In this document: positions 43,981 to 56,100 of the stretch, piece after piece
Position numbering within the stretch: the first letter of the stretch is position 1
Layout: the number at the start of each line of letters is the position of its first letter
Origin: Alphaproteobacteria bacterium
GTDB taxonomy: Bacteria; Pseudomonadota; Alphaproteobacteria; Paracaedibacterales; CAITNM01
Assembly: GCA_947478955.1 (NCBI GenBank)
Contig: CANJXJ010000003.1
Span: 1-61,416 of the forward strand
DNA: 61,416 bases
Direction of reading: 5' to 3'
Notes under the pieces: model-generated
Databases searched by the model: none
Seen by the model: the letters and a program-made list of their open reading frames with translations, nothing else
What the model was told of the DNA's origin: nothing
Made by a program: the position numbers and the translations under genes

Positions 43981-45114
43981 TTGTTCACTTGGATTTTAGA
44001 GCATCTTTTACCGTTTATTATCTTAATTTCTGTTATTGTTTTTGTTCATGAGTGGGGCCATTTTTGGTTTGCGCGTAGGAATAATGTAAAAGTTGAAGAT
44101 TTCGCTATTGGCTTTGGTCCTGAGCTATTTGGCTTCTCTGATCGCCAAGGCACCCGATGGGCATTTCGTTTAGTGCCATTGGGCGGCTATGTGAAAATGC
44201 TTGGTGATGCGGATGCAACCAGTGCTACTGCTGACGATAAGGTTCTCAAAAAGCTTAGCGAGGAAGAGAGAAAACAAACCCTTCACGCAAAAACTCCTTG
44301 GCAACGTATTCAAGTTGCAGCTGGGGGTCCATTGGCCAATTTTATTTTTGCAATTGTGGCAATGATTGGTTTATTTGCAGTTTTTGGTGAGCCGACTACA
44401 CCGCCTGTGATTGGTTTTGTTGATCCTGCAGGCATCGGAGCTAAACACGGCTTGTGTGAAAATGATCGTATCGTTGAAATTAATAATGAGAAAATCAAAA
44501 CCTTTGAAGAGCTGCTGCCCTTTATTCGCAGTGGGACGCATGAAACACTTTCAATAAAGTTGGAACGTGCTAAAAAGCAAGTTAATGTGAATATCCCCCT
44601 TACAGTGAAAAATAAAGACACTGGAGAAATTCAAAAAATAAAAATTTTAGGTATTAAACCAAGCTCATCTAAAGAATATAAGAAAATGTCACTTGGTGCT
44701 GCTGTGCAAACTGCATTTTCAACCTTTTGGCAAATGTGTAAGACAATTGTGGTCGGGTTAGGTGAGCTTCTAACTGGACAGCGCAAGGGCGATGAGTTAG
44801 GTGGAATTTTAGCTATTGGTGACATGGCTTCACAGAGTGCAAAGCTAGGCGTTGCAGGTATGTTATGGTTCATGATTATTATGTCGATAAACCTTGGATT
44901 AATTAATCTTTTCCCCATTCCTGTTTTAGATGGCGGACAAATGCTAATGACATCAATTGAATGGATTGTTGGCAAACCGCTTCCTGAAAAAGTTCAAAAA
45001 TATATTTTTGGATCAGGTTTTGCAATTGTAATTTTCCTAATGTTGTATTCCACATGGAATGACCTCATGCGCTATAAAGTGTTTCAAATAATCCGAGGAT
45101 GGCTACCCCTATGA
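43981..45114 (+). CDS. rseP: RIP metalloprotease RseP (site-2 protease)
   Basis: HEWGHF zinc motif near the N-terminus, a central PDZ-like region, and NLFPIPVLDGG; TTG start. Confidence 0.88.
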   Translation: MFTWILEHLLPFIILISVIVFVHEWGHFWFARRNNVKVEDFAIGFGPELFGFSDRQGTRWAFRLVPLGGYVKMLGDADATSATADDKVLKKLSEEERKQTLHAKTPWQRIQVAAGGPLANFIFAIVAMIGLFAVFGEPTTPPVIGFVDPAGIGAKHGLCENDRIVEINNEKIKTFEELLPFIRSGTHETLSIKLERAKKQVNVNIPLTVKNKDTGEIQKIKILGIKPSSSKEYKKMSLGAAVQTAFSTFWQMCKTIVVGLGELLTGQRKGDELGGILAIGDMASQSAKLGVAGMLWFMIIMSINLGLINLFPIPVLDGGQMLMTSIEWIVGKPLPEKVQKYIFGSGFAIVIFLMLYSTWNDLMRYKVFQIIRGWLPL

Positions 45115-47357
45115 TAAAATCTTTTTTCTATATACTTTTGGTTTCTCTATGCTGTGTGTATGGTGAAGGCCAGAAGATTTCTCAAATAAATGTTCAAGGT
45201 AATAACCGTATTGAGGATCAAACAATTCTTTCTTATCTGCCGGTAAAAGTAGGTGATACCGTAGATGTTGAGATCCTTGATCAATGCTTAAAGACATTGT
45301 TTGATACAGGGTATTTTCATGATGTAAAGGTCCATCGTGAAGGAGCAACAATTGTTATTGTGGTGGAAGAAAATCCCGTCATTAACAAAATTGCTTATGA
45401 AGGCAATGACAAAATTAAGGATGCGGATTTCAAAAAAGAACTTCAGCTGCGCCCACGTGAAGTGCTTTCTTATGCAAAAATTCAAGCGGCTCAACAACGT
45501 ATTTTAGAAATTTATCGTCGTTTGGGGCGCTTTAGCGCAAAGGTTAATCCTAAGATTATTCGTTTGCCTGAGAACCGCGTTGATTTAGTGTTTGAAATTG
45601 AAGAAGGTCAAACAACGTTTATTCGTAAAATCAATTTCATTGGCAATAAGAGCTTTAAAGGGACGCGCCTTGAAAAGGTTTTACAAAGCAAGGTTTGGCA
45701 TTGGTACCGTTTCTTTGTAAATGATGATCTGTATGACCCAGATCGTTTCTTAAATGACCAACAAGAAATTAAAAAATTCTACAATAACCATGGCCATCCA
45801 GATGTTCGGTTGATTTCATCTATCGCTGAATTAAGCCCTGATAAAACAGCATATTTCTTAACGTTCACCATTGATGAAGGTAGAAAATATGAATTTGGTG
45901 ACGTCAAAATTAATTCGGAAATTAAATCGGTAGATATTGAAAAACTTAAGGAATGCATTGTTATTGAGAAGGGGGAAGAATTCAATGGCTCCCTGATTGA
46001 TAAGACTATCAAAATATTAACGGATGCTTTGGGCGTCATGGGATACGCCTTTATTAATATTGAGCCTGATATTATAAAGAACGCAGAAACAGGTGTTGCT
46101 GATATCGTTTTTGACATAAAAGAAGGTCCACGTGTTTATATTGAACATATTGACATAAAGGGCAATGATCGTACCCGTGATTATGTTATCCGTCGTGAAG
46201 TTAGAATCCATGAGGGTGATGCATATAACAGCAAAAAGATTAAAGACGCAGAGCAAGCATTAAAAGACCTTGGGTACTTTAAGGAAGTGCATGTTCAGCC
46301 CGAAGAAGGTTCAGCAATTGATAAAGCTAGGCTAAATGTTGAGCTAGAAGAGCAACGCACGGGAGAATTAAACGTTGGTGTTGGATATTCTACTTTAGAC
46401 GGTCCTTTCACACAGCTTGGGGTTCGCGAACGGAACTTTAGGGGAACAGCTCAAACCCTTCATGCGAATGCGATGCTTTCAAAGCGAAGCATGGGAATAG
46501 ATGCGGGTATTATTGAACCAGCATTCTTAGACCGTGAGCTTGTTGGGTCTGCTACTGTTTCAGCTACCCAATCAAAGTATACTCGTTCCCACAAACATAA
46601 CGCTTTAGGTACCAATTTTGGATTGGGGTACAACCTTAGCGAAATGTGGTGGCAGAACCTGGAATACAATATCCGTTCAGAAAAAGAAACAGGGTTTAAT
46701 GATAGAGCTTCCGAAATTATTCGCAAACAAAGCCATAATGCTTTGTTATCCGAAATTGGCCAAACAATTCACTTTGGAAAGCTAGACAGCAGGGCAAATC
46801 CTACAAAAGGTTTTGACTTAAGCTATCAGACAAGTTTTGCTGGTGTGGGCGGTACAATAAAGTACTTACAACACGTTTGGAGAGCTGCAGGGTACCATCC
46901 ATTATTTACTGAAGAGGTTGTTCTAAAGGTAATGGGAGAAACCGGTGTTATGCAAAAAATGGGCAAAACTATCCGCGTTGTTGACAGCTTCACGATGGGT
47001 TATAACAATTTCCGAGGTTTTGATTTTCAGGGTGTGGGTCCTAGGGATAAAAAATCTGGAGATGCACTTAACGGTACAAGAATGTGGCGTGCAGTAGTTG
47101 AATTAAAGTTCCCGTCTGGATTACCTGATGACTGGAAAATTAATGCAAGCATATTTAATGAATTTGGTTGCTTATGGCAGCCAGGAGAAAAAAATAAAGA
47201 TACGCTCGATGACAAAAAAATGCGTGCGTCAGCTGGTATGGGGATTCTTTGGACTTCACCATTCGGTCCTATTGGTATCTCTTATTCAATACCTTACCGT
47301 CATCAGAAATATGACGAGCAGCGTCGTTTGCAACTGCAGTTTAGCAACATCTTTTAA
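45099..47357 (+). CDS. bamA: Outer membrane protein assembly factor BamA (Omp85)
   Basis: Signal peptide, POTRA repeats (I.V.GN.R....I), C-terminal beta-barrel ending in ...LQLQFSNIF. An alternative start lies at 45111. Confidence 0.92.
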   Translation: MATPMIKSFFYILLVSLCCVYGEGQKISQINVQGNNRIEDQTILSYLPVKVGDTVDVEILDQCLKTLFDTGYFHDVKVHREGATIVIVVEENPVINKIAYEGNDKIKDADFKKELQLRPREVLSYAKIQAAQQRILEIYRRLGRFSAKVNPKIIRLPENRVDLVFEIEEGQTTFIRKINFIGNKSFKGTRLEKVLQSKVWHWYRFFVNDDLYDPDRFLNDQQEIKKFYNNHGHPDVRLISSIAELSPDKTAYFLTFTIDEGRKYEFGDVKINSEIKSVDIEKLKECIVIEKGEEFNGSLIDKTIKILTDALGVMGYAFINIEPDIIKNAETGVADIVFDIKEGPRVYIEHIDIKGNDRTRDYVIRREVRIHEGDAYNSKKIKDAEQALKDLGYFKEVHVQPEEGSAIDKARLNVELEEQRTGELNVGVGYSTLDGPFTQLGVRERNFRGTAQTLHANAMLSKRSMGIDAGIIEPAFLDRELVGSATVSATQSKYTRSHKHNALGTNFGLGYNLSEMWWQNLEYNIRSEKETGFNDRASEIIRKQSHNALLSEIGQTIHFGKLDSRANPTKGFDLSYQTSFAGVGGTIKYLQHVWRAAGYHPLFTEEVVLKVMGETGVMQKMGKTIRVVDSFTMGYNNFRGFDFQGVGPRDKKSGDALNGTRMWRAVVELKFPSGLPDDWKINASIFNEFGCLWQPGEKNKDTLDDKKMRASAGMGILWTSPFGPIGISYSIPYRHQKYDEQRRLQLQFSNIF

Positions 47358-47359
47358 TA

Positions 47360-47944
47360 ATGTTTAAGCGGTTTCTTCCTTATTTATTTCATATAATCTT
47401 AGCAGCCACTGCCATAGTGGCTGCTTATTTTTTGTTAAAACCCCATTATAAAACCACTGGCCTTACTATTGGTTTGGTAAACATGCAACGTGTTCGTTCT
47501 CAAGCGGAGCCCTTCCAGCAGTTATCAAAACAAGTTAGCCAGGCACATACACAAGCTCAGGAACATTTCCAATCTCTTGAAAAAAGTCTTCGCAAAGAGT
47601 ACGAAGAATTACAATCTCTAGAACAAAAAAAACATACCAAAACAGAAGTTTTGGCAAATCGTAAAGCTGCTATTGATAAAAAAGTTGCTGAATTTGAACT
47701 GCAAGTTCAGCAAGAGCGTGAGGTAATGAAGCAGAAATTTGAACATATTCATTTGACTATTGAAGCGGAGCTGGAAAAAATTATTCGCGAATTTAGTAAA
47801 AAAAACAAAATTAACCTTCTGCTTAATACAAGTAATAATGAGCAAGAAGTTGCTCTTGTCGCTGACGATAGTTTAAATCATACTGACGCCATTATTGATC
47901 GGTTAAATAAGAACCTTCCCAACATTCAAGAATTAAAGAAATAG
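47360..47944 (+). CDS. OmpH/Skp-family periplasmic chaperone
   Basis: 194 aa, N-terminal hydrophobic segment, coiled-coil-rich body, conserved position between bamA and lpxD. Confidence 0.75.
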   Translation: MFKRFLPYLFHIILAATAIVAAYFLLKPHYKTTGLTIGLVNMQRVRSQAEPFQQLSKQVSQAHTQAQEHFQSLEKSLRKEYEELQSLEQKKHTKTEVLANRKAAIDKKVAEFELQVQQEREVMKQKFEHIHLTIEAELEKIIREFSKKNKINLLLNTSNNEQEVALVADDSLNHTDAIIDRLNKNLPNIQELKK

Positions 47945-47946
47945 CC

Positions 47947-48939
47947 ATGTTTTTTCAAAAATCTTCCCCTATTGCCATTGAAGCATTGGCAAAAATTATT
48001 GATGCTAAAGTTGAGATTAGGGATGCTTTAGTTAGTGACGTAGGGCCGGTAGATACTCTTCGAGAAGGTATTATTGGCTGTTATCATAATACAAAATATA
48101 AATCATCCTTGAGCCAAGCAAAACATGGATTTTGCATTTTAAAAGAAGAAGACAGGCATTTGCTGGGTGATGGCGTAATCGGATTGTTTTCTCCAACGCC
48201 TTATAGGGCATTTGGAAAAGCCGCTTTATATTTTTATCCAAAACCAATATCGAGTGGGGAAATTTCGGTGCTGGCCGATATTCACCCATCTGCTGAAATT
48301 GGGAAAAACTGTCAAATAGATGCCTTTGCTATTATTAAGGCAAATGCCAAAATTGGCGAGAATTCAATTATCCGCAGCCATTGCGTGGTAGGTAGCCACG
48401 TGCAGATAGGCCGTGATAGCGTGCTTGAATATGGGGTGACTATCACTAATACAATCGCTGGCGATCGATTCTATGTTAAGCCTGGGGCGTGTATAGGCCA
48501 GCCTGGTTTTGGCTTCCACATGGATGAAAAAGGGCATTTTGATATCCCCCAGATTGGCTGTGTTCTCATTGGCAACGACGTGCAGATTGGTGCAAATACG
48601 ACAATTGATCGTGGTAGTCAGCATGATACGGTGATTGGGAATTTTTGTCGGATTGATAACTTAGTGCAAATTGCCCATAACGTTGAGCTGGGTGATGGCT
48701 GTGTTATTGTGGCACAAGTAGGTATTGCGGGCAGTAGCAGGCTGGGTAAGTTTGTAATTGCAGCTGGTCAAGTAGGAATTGCAGGGCATTTATCAATTGG
48801 TGATGGTGCTAAAATTGCCGCCCAAAGTGGACTGATGCGAGATGTTTCTGCTGGAGAAACTATTGCTGGATCGCCGGCTATTCCAATTCGTGAGTGGCAT
48901 AAGCAAACAATTGCATTGCAACGACTTGTGAAAAAATAA
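47947..48939 (+). CDS. lpxD: UDP-3-O-acylglucosamine N-acyltransferase
   Basis: Left-handed beta-helix hexapeptide repeats ([LIV]G....I), 330 aa, position after skp. Confidence 0.88.
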   Translation: MFFQKSSPIAIEALAKIIDAKVEIRDALVSDVGPVDTLREGIIGCYHNTKYKSSLSQAKHGFCILKEEDRHLLGDGVIGLFSPTPYRAFGKAALYFYPKPISSGEISVLADIHPSAEIGKNCQIDAFAIIKANAKIGENSIIRSHCVVGSHVQIGRDSVLEYGVTITNTIAGDRFYVKPGACIGQPGFGFHMDEKGHFDIPQIGCVLIGNDVQIGANTTIDRGSQHDTVIGNFCRIDNLVQIAHNVELGDGCVIVAQVGIAGSSRLGKFVIAAGQVGIAGHLSIGDGAKIAAQSGLMRDVSAGETIAGSPAIPIREWHKQTIALQRLVKK

Positions 48940-48981
48940 GAAGCCATTTAAACAAATTGTGAAAAGAAATCCGCAAATTTC

Positions 48982-49010
48982 TTGACTAAAAGGGGTTTTA
49001 ATCTTATAGT
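48982..49010 (+). promoter_or_regulatory. Sigma70-like promoter for tRNA-Glu
   Basis: TTGACT, a 17-nt spacer, then TATAGT, ending 9 nt before the tRNA 5' end. Confidence 0.5.
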
Positions 49011-49019
49011 TCTTTTCAT

Positions 49020-49095
49020 GTCCCCATCGTCTAGAGGCCTAGGACGTCGCCCTTTCAAGGCGGGAACACGGGTTCGACTCCCGTTGGGGACGCCA
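49020..49095 (+). tRNA. tRNA-Glu (anticodon TTC), CCA encoded
   Basis: Acceptor GTCCCCA/TGGGGAC, anticodon arm TCGCC-CTTTCAA-GGCGG, T arm ACGGG-TTCGACT-CCCGT, then GCCA. Confidence 0.9.
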
Positions 49096-49175
49096 TCTAA
49101 ACCACCAATTTTCTTAATCTTTATTGTTATGAGTAACTTTGCTAGGTTTGCAGTAGCTTTTTAACATTGTGCAAT

Positions 49176-51050
49176 ATGTGCGGCATTACGGGTTTTTGGG
49201 ATCCTACTAAAAGATTTTCAATAGATGAACAACTTGCCCTATCTATGGCACACAAGATTCAAGCACGGGGACCTGATTCATCTGGGGTATGGATTGATCA
49301 AGAGCACGGCGTTGCCCTAGCCCATAGGCGTTTATCAATTGTTGACTTATCACCTGCGGGGCATCAGCCGATGGTATCTCCGTCGGGGCGCTATGTCATG
49401 ATTTATAACGGGGAAGTTTTTAATGGCAAGGAGCTTGTGACTTCTCTTTGCAATGTTGACTTTAAGGGGCACAGCGATACGGAAATTATGCTGGCAACTT
49501 TTGATGCTTGGGGAGTTGATGCATCGGTTAAATTATTTATTGGCATGTTTGCCTTTGCTGTGTGGGATAAGCAAACACAAATTCTTACATTGGTACGTGA
49601 CCGGGTTGGTATAAAGCCGCTGTATTTTGGATATATGAATGATGTGTGGTTGTTTGGATCGCAGCCTAAAAGCCTGATGCCTCACCCGGCATGGAAAAGC
49701 AGCTTAAACATTAAAGCCGCCCGTGAATTTTTTGCTTTTGGTTATGTTCCAGAAACAACGTGTATATTTGAAAATTTGCAAAAAGTTAAGCCCGGAACAT
49801 TGGTGCATCTTCAAGCTAATGGCCAACATACAACGACATCTTATTGGGATTTGGCTGATGAAATCACTCAGGCAAAAAACCATGTAATCACTAGAACCGA
49901 TGAGCAATGGATAGATGCCACGCACACCCTTTTAAAAGATGCGGTGAAGCGACGTTGCCAGGCCGATGTGCCTTTGGGCGCGTTTCTGTCTGGAGGTATT
50001 GATAGCTCGTTGGTGGTTAGCTTAATGCAATCGCAATCAACAGATCGCATCAAAACCTTTTCGGTTGGTTTTGATATCCCTAATTACAACGAAGCCCCAT
50101 TTGCCAAAAAGGTCGCTGAGCACCTGCAAACGGATCACCATGAATTTTATGTGTCAGCTAGCCAAGCACAAGAAGTTATTCCTAAAATAGCTACAATGTA
50201 TGACGAACCATTTGCGGATGTATCTCAAATTCCAACCTACTTGGTCTCAAAATTAGCCAGAGATCATGTGACTGTAAGTCTTTCAGGTGATGGAGGCGAT
50301 GAGCTTTTTGCTGGATATAATCGTTATACTTTAGGGCGTCGTTTATGGAAAATTAGAAGTTGCACCCCTGGGTTTATAAGATGGCTTGTGCCGTATTTAC
50401 GGTGTATTCCCTTATGGTTTTGGAGGATCCTTGAAAAACTGCCTGGTTGTCCCACTCAGTTAGCTGACAAAATTGAACGCGGTATTAAATTATTTCAGGC
50501 TAAAAGTTTAACAGATTGCTACCGGATGTTGGTGCACCATTGGGATGTGGAAGTCGATAATGATTTCCCTGCTCACCCAATCTTAAACGACAGCATTGAA
50601 AATTTTCAATTTTGGGATATGTTGACCTATCTTCCAGGAGATATTTTAACCAAGGTTGATCGGGCTAGTATGGAAGTAAGTTTAGAAGCACGCGTGCCTT
50701 TGCTTGATCATCGGCTTATTTCATTGGCGTGGAGCTTGCCCGAACACTTGAAACTACGCCATGGCAAAGGCAAATGGATTTTAAGGGAAATTTTAAAGTC
50801 ATATATCCCCGAACAATTATTTAATCGTCCTAAAATGGGCTTTGGTGTGCCTATTGATACGTGGCTGCGCGGTGACTTAAAATCCTGGGCTCAAGAACTT
50901 TTATTTTCATCATCTTTAGATGAATTTGGAATTAGCGCCTCAGATATTCAATCCATCTGGGAGAAGCACCAAAGCGGGTCATACAACTATCAATATAAGC
51001 TATGGGTTGTGTTGATGTTCCAACAGTGGCGCCGGGAATATGGTTTGTAG
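49176..51050 (+). CDS. asnB: Asparagine synthase (glutamine-hydrolysing) family amidotransferase
   Basis: N-terminal MCGITGF (catalytic Cys2, so ATG 49176 is preferred over TTG 49167) and the PP-loop SGGIDSS. Confidence 0.88.
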   Translation: MCGITGFWDPTKRFSIDEQLALSMAHKIQARGPDSSGVWIDQEHGVALAHRRLSIVDLSPAGHQPMVSPSGRYVMIYNGEVFNGKELVTSLCNVDFKGHSDTEIMLATFDAWGVDASVKLFIGMFAFAVWDKQTQILTLVRDRVGIKPLYFGYMNDVWLFGSQPKSLMPHPAWKSSLNIKAAREFFAFGYVPETTCIFENLQKVKPGTLVHLQANGQHTTTSYWDLADEITQAKNHVITRTDEQWIDATHTLLKDAVKRRCQADVPLGAFLSGGIDSSLVVSLMQSQSTDRIKTFSVGFDIPNYNEAPFAKKVAEHLQTDHHEFYVSASQAQEVIPKIATMYDEPFADVSQIPTYLVSKLARDHVTVSLSGDGGDELFAGYNRYTLGRRLWKIRSCTPGFIRWLVPYLRCIPLWFWRILEKLPGCPTQLADKIERGIKLFQAKSLTDCYRMLVHHWDVEVDNDFPAHPILNDSIENFQFWDMLTYLPGDILTKVDRASMEVSLEARVPLLDHRLISLAWSLPEHLKLRHGKGKWILREILKSYIPEQLFNRPKMGFGVPIDTWLRGDLKSWAQELLFSSSLDEFGISASDIQSIWEKHQSGSYNYQYKLWVVLMFQQWRREYGL

Positions 51051-51173
51051 ATCGTGGACAGTGATGTATCAATACACAAATATCTAATTTTTAGCTAGTT
51101 TCTCTATTGTATCAATGAATTATTAATGGTTTTGCGCTAGGATGCTTGTTAAGGGCTGTTTATTATTTTAATC

Positions 51174-52448
51174 ATGACGCGTGTTGCTACTCTCACAATT
51201 GATGGAAAAACTATTGAAGTACCAATACTCAAAGGGAAATGCGGTCCCGACGTGCTTGATGTGCATGCCCTTTACCAAGAAACAGGATTATTTACTTATG
51301 ATCCAGGTTTTACCTCAACAGCAAGCTGTTCATCAGGCATCACCTATATTGATGGGGATGAAGGCATTCTTTTGCATCGTGGGTATGCAATTGAAGATCT
51401 AGTTGAGAAATGTGATTTTCTAGAGGTTGCGTACTTGTTGCTTTATGGGGAATTACCTGATGGGTCTCAAAGAGAATCGTTTGAACAATCTATAAGTCGC
51501 CACACTATGGTTCACGAACAACTGCGTACATTTTTTCAAGGGTTTCGTCGTGATGCGCACCCTATGGCGATTATGGTTGGCGTAGTTGGAGCGCTTTCGG
51601 CTTTTTATCATGATAGTCTGGACATTTATGATGCACAACAACGAGAAATTGCGTCTCACCGCCTTATTGCTAAAATGCCAACCATTGCAGCTATGGCGTA
51701 TAATTATTCGCGTGGATGCCCATTGCCATACCCCCAAAATGGCCTAACTTATTCTCAAAATTTTTTAAGGATGATGTTTGCTATACCGGCAGAAACCTAT
51801 CAGATTAATCCGATTATTGCACGGGCAATGGACATTATATTTATATTGCATGCAGACCATGAACAAAATGCTTCAACCTCAACAGTAAGGCTTGCTGGTT
51901 CAAGCCAGGCCAATCCATTTGCTTGTATTGCATCAGGTATAGCTGCTCTTTGGGGGCCAGCCCATGGAGGCGCAAATGAAGCTGTGCTCACAATGTTTGG
52001 GAAAATAGGAACAAAACAAAATATCCCTGAATTTATTGAGCGGGCAAAAAACAAAAATGACCCCTTCCGCCTTATGGGCTTTGGGCACCGCGTTTATAAA
52101 AATTATGATCCGCGAGCACGTATTATGCGTAAAGCCTGCTATGAGGTCTTGGGACAACTTAATATTAACGATCCATTACTAGAGGTTGCTCTTGAGCTAG
52201 AGCGCATTGCTTTGGAAGATCCCTATTTTATTGAAAAGAAACTTTATCCCAACGTTGATTTTTATTCAGGCATTATATTCAAAGCCCTAGAAATCCCAAC
52301 ATCAATGTTTACGGTTATTTTTTCTGTGGCTCGCACGGTTGGATGGGTAGCGCAATGGAATGAAATGATGGCTGACCCTGCTCAAAAAATTGGAAGGCCG
52401 AGGCAGCTTTATACAGGATATGAAGCCCGTAAGCTTCCTAAAAAATAA
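51174..52448 (+). CDS. gltA: Citrate synthase
   Basis: [28 protein letters not shown]; 424 aa. Confidence 0.95.
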   Translation: MTRVATLTIDGKTIEVPILKGKCGPDVLDVHALYQETGLFTYDPGFTSTASCSSGITYIDGDEGILLHRGYAIEDLVEKCDFLEVAYLLLYGELPDGSQRESFEQSISRHTMVHEQLRTFFQGFRRDAHPMAIMVGVVGALSAFYHDSLDIYDAQQREIASHRLIAKMPTIAAMAYNYSRGCPLPYPQNGLTYSQNFLRMMFAIPAETYQINPIIARAMDIIFILHADHEQNASTSTVRLAGSSQANPFACIASGIAALWGPAHGGANEAVLTMFGKIGTKQNIPEFIERAKNKNDPFRLMGFGHRVYKNYDPRARIMRKACYEVLGQLNINDPLLEVALELERIALEDPYFIEKKLYPNVDFYSGIIFKALEIPTSMFTVIFSVARTVGWVAQWNEMMADPAQKIGRPRQLYTGYEARKLPKK

Positions 52449-52593
52449 AAGATCATAGCCATCTTTTTATAAATATTTTCTTAAATAATGGGCAAAAAAT
52501 AACCACACTTGATTAATTTTTTTGTATTATGTTAAATTAATTTTAACTATTTCGTTATATAGTTTACTTATATAAATAGATACAAGTAGTGCT

Positions 52594-53046
52594 ATGAACG
52601 AAGAATATTTTGAATCAGTCCAAGCTCTAGAACGGCTTCATCGTCTTTTTCTGGATGTGGTAAAGTCAGAGCTGGATGCTTTGGGCATATTTGATATTAA
52701 TAATGTCCAAACAATTGTGCTGTGCAATATTGGGCCAGGACAATTAACTGTTGGAGAATTGACAAACCGAGGGTATTACCTTGGATCAAATGTGTCATAT
52801 AACCTCCGCAAAATGGTGCAGAACGGATATATTTTACAAGTTCCTACCCCCCATGATCGTCGTTCAAGCCATGTAAAGCTCTCGCCCAAAGGGTTGGATT
52901 TGTACAAAAAGTTTGATCGTATTTTTCAAAGCCATGCAGATGGCCTTAATATCAAAGGCGGAAAAGAAACGTTAGCGCAACTTGGAAGTTCTCTGCAAAA
53001 GCTAGAGCGTTTCTGGGTTGAAGCTTCTGCAAGGGATAATCGCTAA
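52594..53046 (+). CDS. MarR-family winged-helix transcriptional regulator
   Basis: 150 aa with the MarR layout: a central wHTH (LTVGELTNRGYYLGSNVSYNLRKMVQNGYI) followed by the wing DRRSSHVKLSPKG. Confidence 0.7.
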   Translation: MNEEYFESVQALERLHRLFLDVVKSELDALGIFDINNVQTIVLCNIGPGQLTVGELTNRGYYLGSNVSYNLRKMVQNGYILQVPTPHDRRSSHVKLSPKGLDLYKKFDRIFQSHADGLNIKGGKETLAQLGSSLQKLERFWVEASARDNR

Positions 53047-53123
53047 TTTTGCGATTTCGAATTCAGCTTGAAAACAGCGTCTGACTTCGGCACATTATGG
53101 ATACGGTTTTTTATTAATAGCTC

Positions 53124-56100
53124 ATGGCTAATTTTGTTCACCTTCGTGTCCATAGCGCCTATTCTCTAGCGGAAGGGGCAATCAAGGTTAAAGCATTACC
53201 ACAGCTTTGCCAGCAACATAATCAACCAGCTATTGCGATTACCGACACTAACAATCTTTTTGGCGCTCTTGAGAGTGCGCTCTTGTGTGCTAGCTCAGGT
53301 ATTCAACCAATTATTGGTTGTGAGCTTAGTGTTCAATTTGTCGACACAACGGGGCCATTGGTGTTGCTTGTGGCATCAGCCCAAGGATATGCTAACCTTT
53401 TGGATATTGTTAGCTATTTATACCTTGGCGCCCCAAGCGAGCAGGGCAAACCTTATGTTCCATTTGAATACCTAGAAAGCCGAGCCGAAGGCCTTATTGC
53501 TTTAACAGGGGGTGTCGAAGGCATTTGGGGGCAGTTAGAAGCAAAAAATTTAAACGCAGAAGAAAAAGATAAAACACATGAGGCTGATATTTTTTTAAAC
53601 AGGCTTAAAGAATCTTTTCCTGATCATCTTTATGTAGAAATTCAGCGTCACGGAACCTTAGCTGAACAAGAATTAGAAGACATATTTATTGAAAAAGCTT
53701 ACACCCATACTTTGCCCTTGGTTGCCACCAACAATGTTTACTTTCCTGATCCTAGCTATTTTGAAGCGCATGATGCGTTGTTGTGCATTGCAAGTGGATC
53801 ATACGTTGTTCAAGATGACCGCCGCAGGGTAACCCCTCATCATTACTTTAAAAGCTCTGCCGAAATGACCGAGCTTTTTAAAGATATTCCAGAAGCTATT
53901 CAAAATACGATACATATTGCTAAGCGTTGTCGATTTATGCCAACGGTTCACAGTCCTATTTTACCACGGTTTGATAGTGAAAACGGACGTAGTGAAGAGG
54001 AAGAGCTGGTTTTTCAAGCGCAGGAAGGACTAGAAAAACGCTTGCAAGAAGAAGTGTTTGCACGGTTTACAGATAGCGAACAAGAACAAACCCGGAAACT
54101 ATACCAAGATCGCTTGGATTATGAGATTGGTATTATCAAACACATGGGTTTTTGTGGGTACTTTTTGATTGTTGCTGATTTTATAAAATGGGCAAAAGGT
54201 CAGGGAATTCCAGTGGGGCCAGGGCGTGGTTCTGGAGCAGGTTCGCTGGTAGCATGGTCACTGACCATTACCGACATGGACCCCATTCAGTTTACCTTAA
54301 TTTTTGAACGGTTCTTGAACCCAGAACGCGTTTCTATGCCTGACTTTGACGTGGATTTTTGCCAGGATCGCCGAGACGAAGTGATTCGTTATGTTCAACA
54401 AAAATATGGCAATGACCGGGTTGCCCACATTATTACCTTTGGTAAGCTGCAAGCTCGTGCTGTGTTGCGTGATGTGGGGCGAGTATTACAAATTCCGTAT
54501 CCCGTGGTTGACCGCATTTGTAAAATGGTACCAAACAACCCTGCTAGCCCTGTAACACTTGAACAAGCAATAGAAATGGAACCAGCAATTCGTCAAGCTT
54601 GTGATGACGATGAAGCAATCGCAAAAATGGTTGAGATTGGCAAAAAGCTTGAAGGATTGTATCGTCATGCTTCCACCCACGCAGCAGGTGTAGTAATTAG
54701 TGATCGCTCACTTACTACGCTTGTTCCGTTATTTAAAGACGAAAGTTCAGCTTTGCCTGCAACGCAATTTAACATGAAATATGTTGAATTGGCAGGCCTT
54801 GTAAAGTTCGATTTTTTAGGACTTAAAACGCTTAGCATTATTGAGCATGCCAGCCAAATTGTGCGTGACTCTATCACCAATCCGCTTCCTGATTTTATCA
54901 TTCAAACTATCCCTCTTGATGATGCAAAAACTTTTGAGCTTTTGTGTAACGTTAATGTTGTGGGCGTGTTCCAGCTTGAAAGTGCAGGCATGCGAGATGT
55001 ATTACGTAAATTACGTCCGGATCGCTTTGAAGATCTTATTGCATTGGTGGCTCTTTATCGGCCTGGGCCAATGGATGATATCCCCAGGTATTTGGCTTGT
55101 AAGCATGGTCAAGAAGCAGTTACATTTTTAAATCCCTCCCTTGAGCCTATTCTAGCACCCACCTATGGAGTGATGGTTTATCAAGAACAAGTTATGCAGA
55201 TTGCCCAGGTGCTTGGTGGCTATACCCTTGGTGCTGCTGATATGTTGCGTCGTGCCATGGGGAAAAAAATTAAATCTGAAATGGATGCTCAACGGGAACA
55301 ATTTGTAAATGGTGCAATCGAAAGAGGGGCAAAACCCCAAATTGCTAGCCAAATATTTGACCAAATGGCAAAATTTGCGGGCTATGGTTTTAACAAATCG
55401 CACTCGGCGCCTTATGCGCTTCTGGCATATCAAACAGCTTACTTAAAAGCAAATTACCCGGTTGCGTTTTTTGCTGCTTCGATGACTGCTGATATGCACA
55501 ATACTGATAAAATCAATGCCTATAATCAAGACATGATACGAATGGGGATGACCCTTTTACCCCCAGACATTAATCATTCATTTGCTAACTTTACCGCTGA
55601 AGGGGGGGCTGTACGATTTGGATTGGGCGCCCTTAAAAACGTTGGTGGACAAGTGATTGATGCAATTACTCAAGTTCGTGGGGATGAGCCATTTTCAACC
55701 ATGACCAACTTTATAGAACGGGCTACGGCTTCGCACCTTAGCAAGCGATTATTAGAAAATTTAATTGGGGCGGGAGCATTTGATTGTTTAGAGCCTAACC
55801 GACGTGCTTTGTATGAAGCTATTGAACATATTAGTTATATTGCCTCTAAAAAAGCCAACGGCGCCAAAAGTGCCCAACGTAGCTTGTTTGGGGGCAGTGT
55901 TGATAATGCAATTGTTTTCAAACTTCCAGATGTTCCGAAGTGGGATGGGCTAACTTCTTTACAAAAAGAATTTGATTCTCTTGGGTTTTATTTGTCTGAT
56001 CACCCCTTAAATGCCTATAAGCAACAGATTGAGCAGCTACAGCTAACGCCATCATCAATGTTTGCAACCATTTCTAATGGAAACATTCGCGTGGCAGGTG

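Noticed and set aside
48982-49164. 60-aa ORF spanning the tRNA-Glu locus
   Set aside because: It is fully explained by the tRNA-Glu gene and its promoter. The ORF is incidental.
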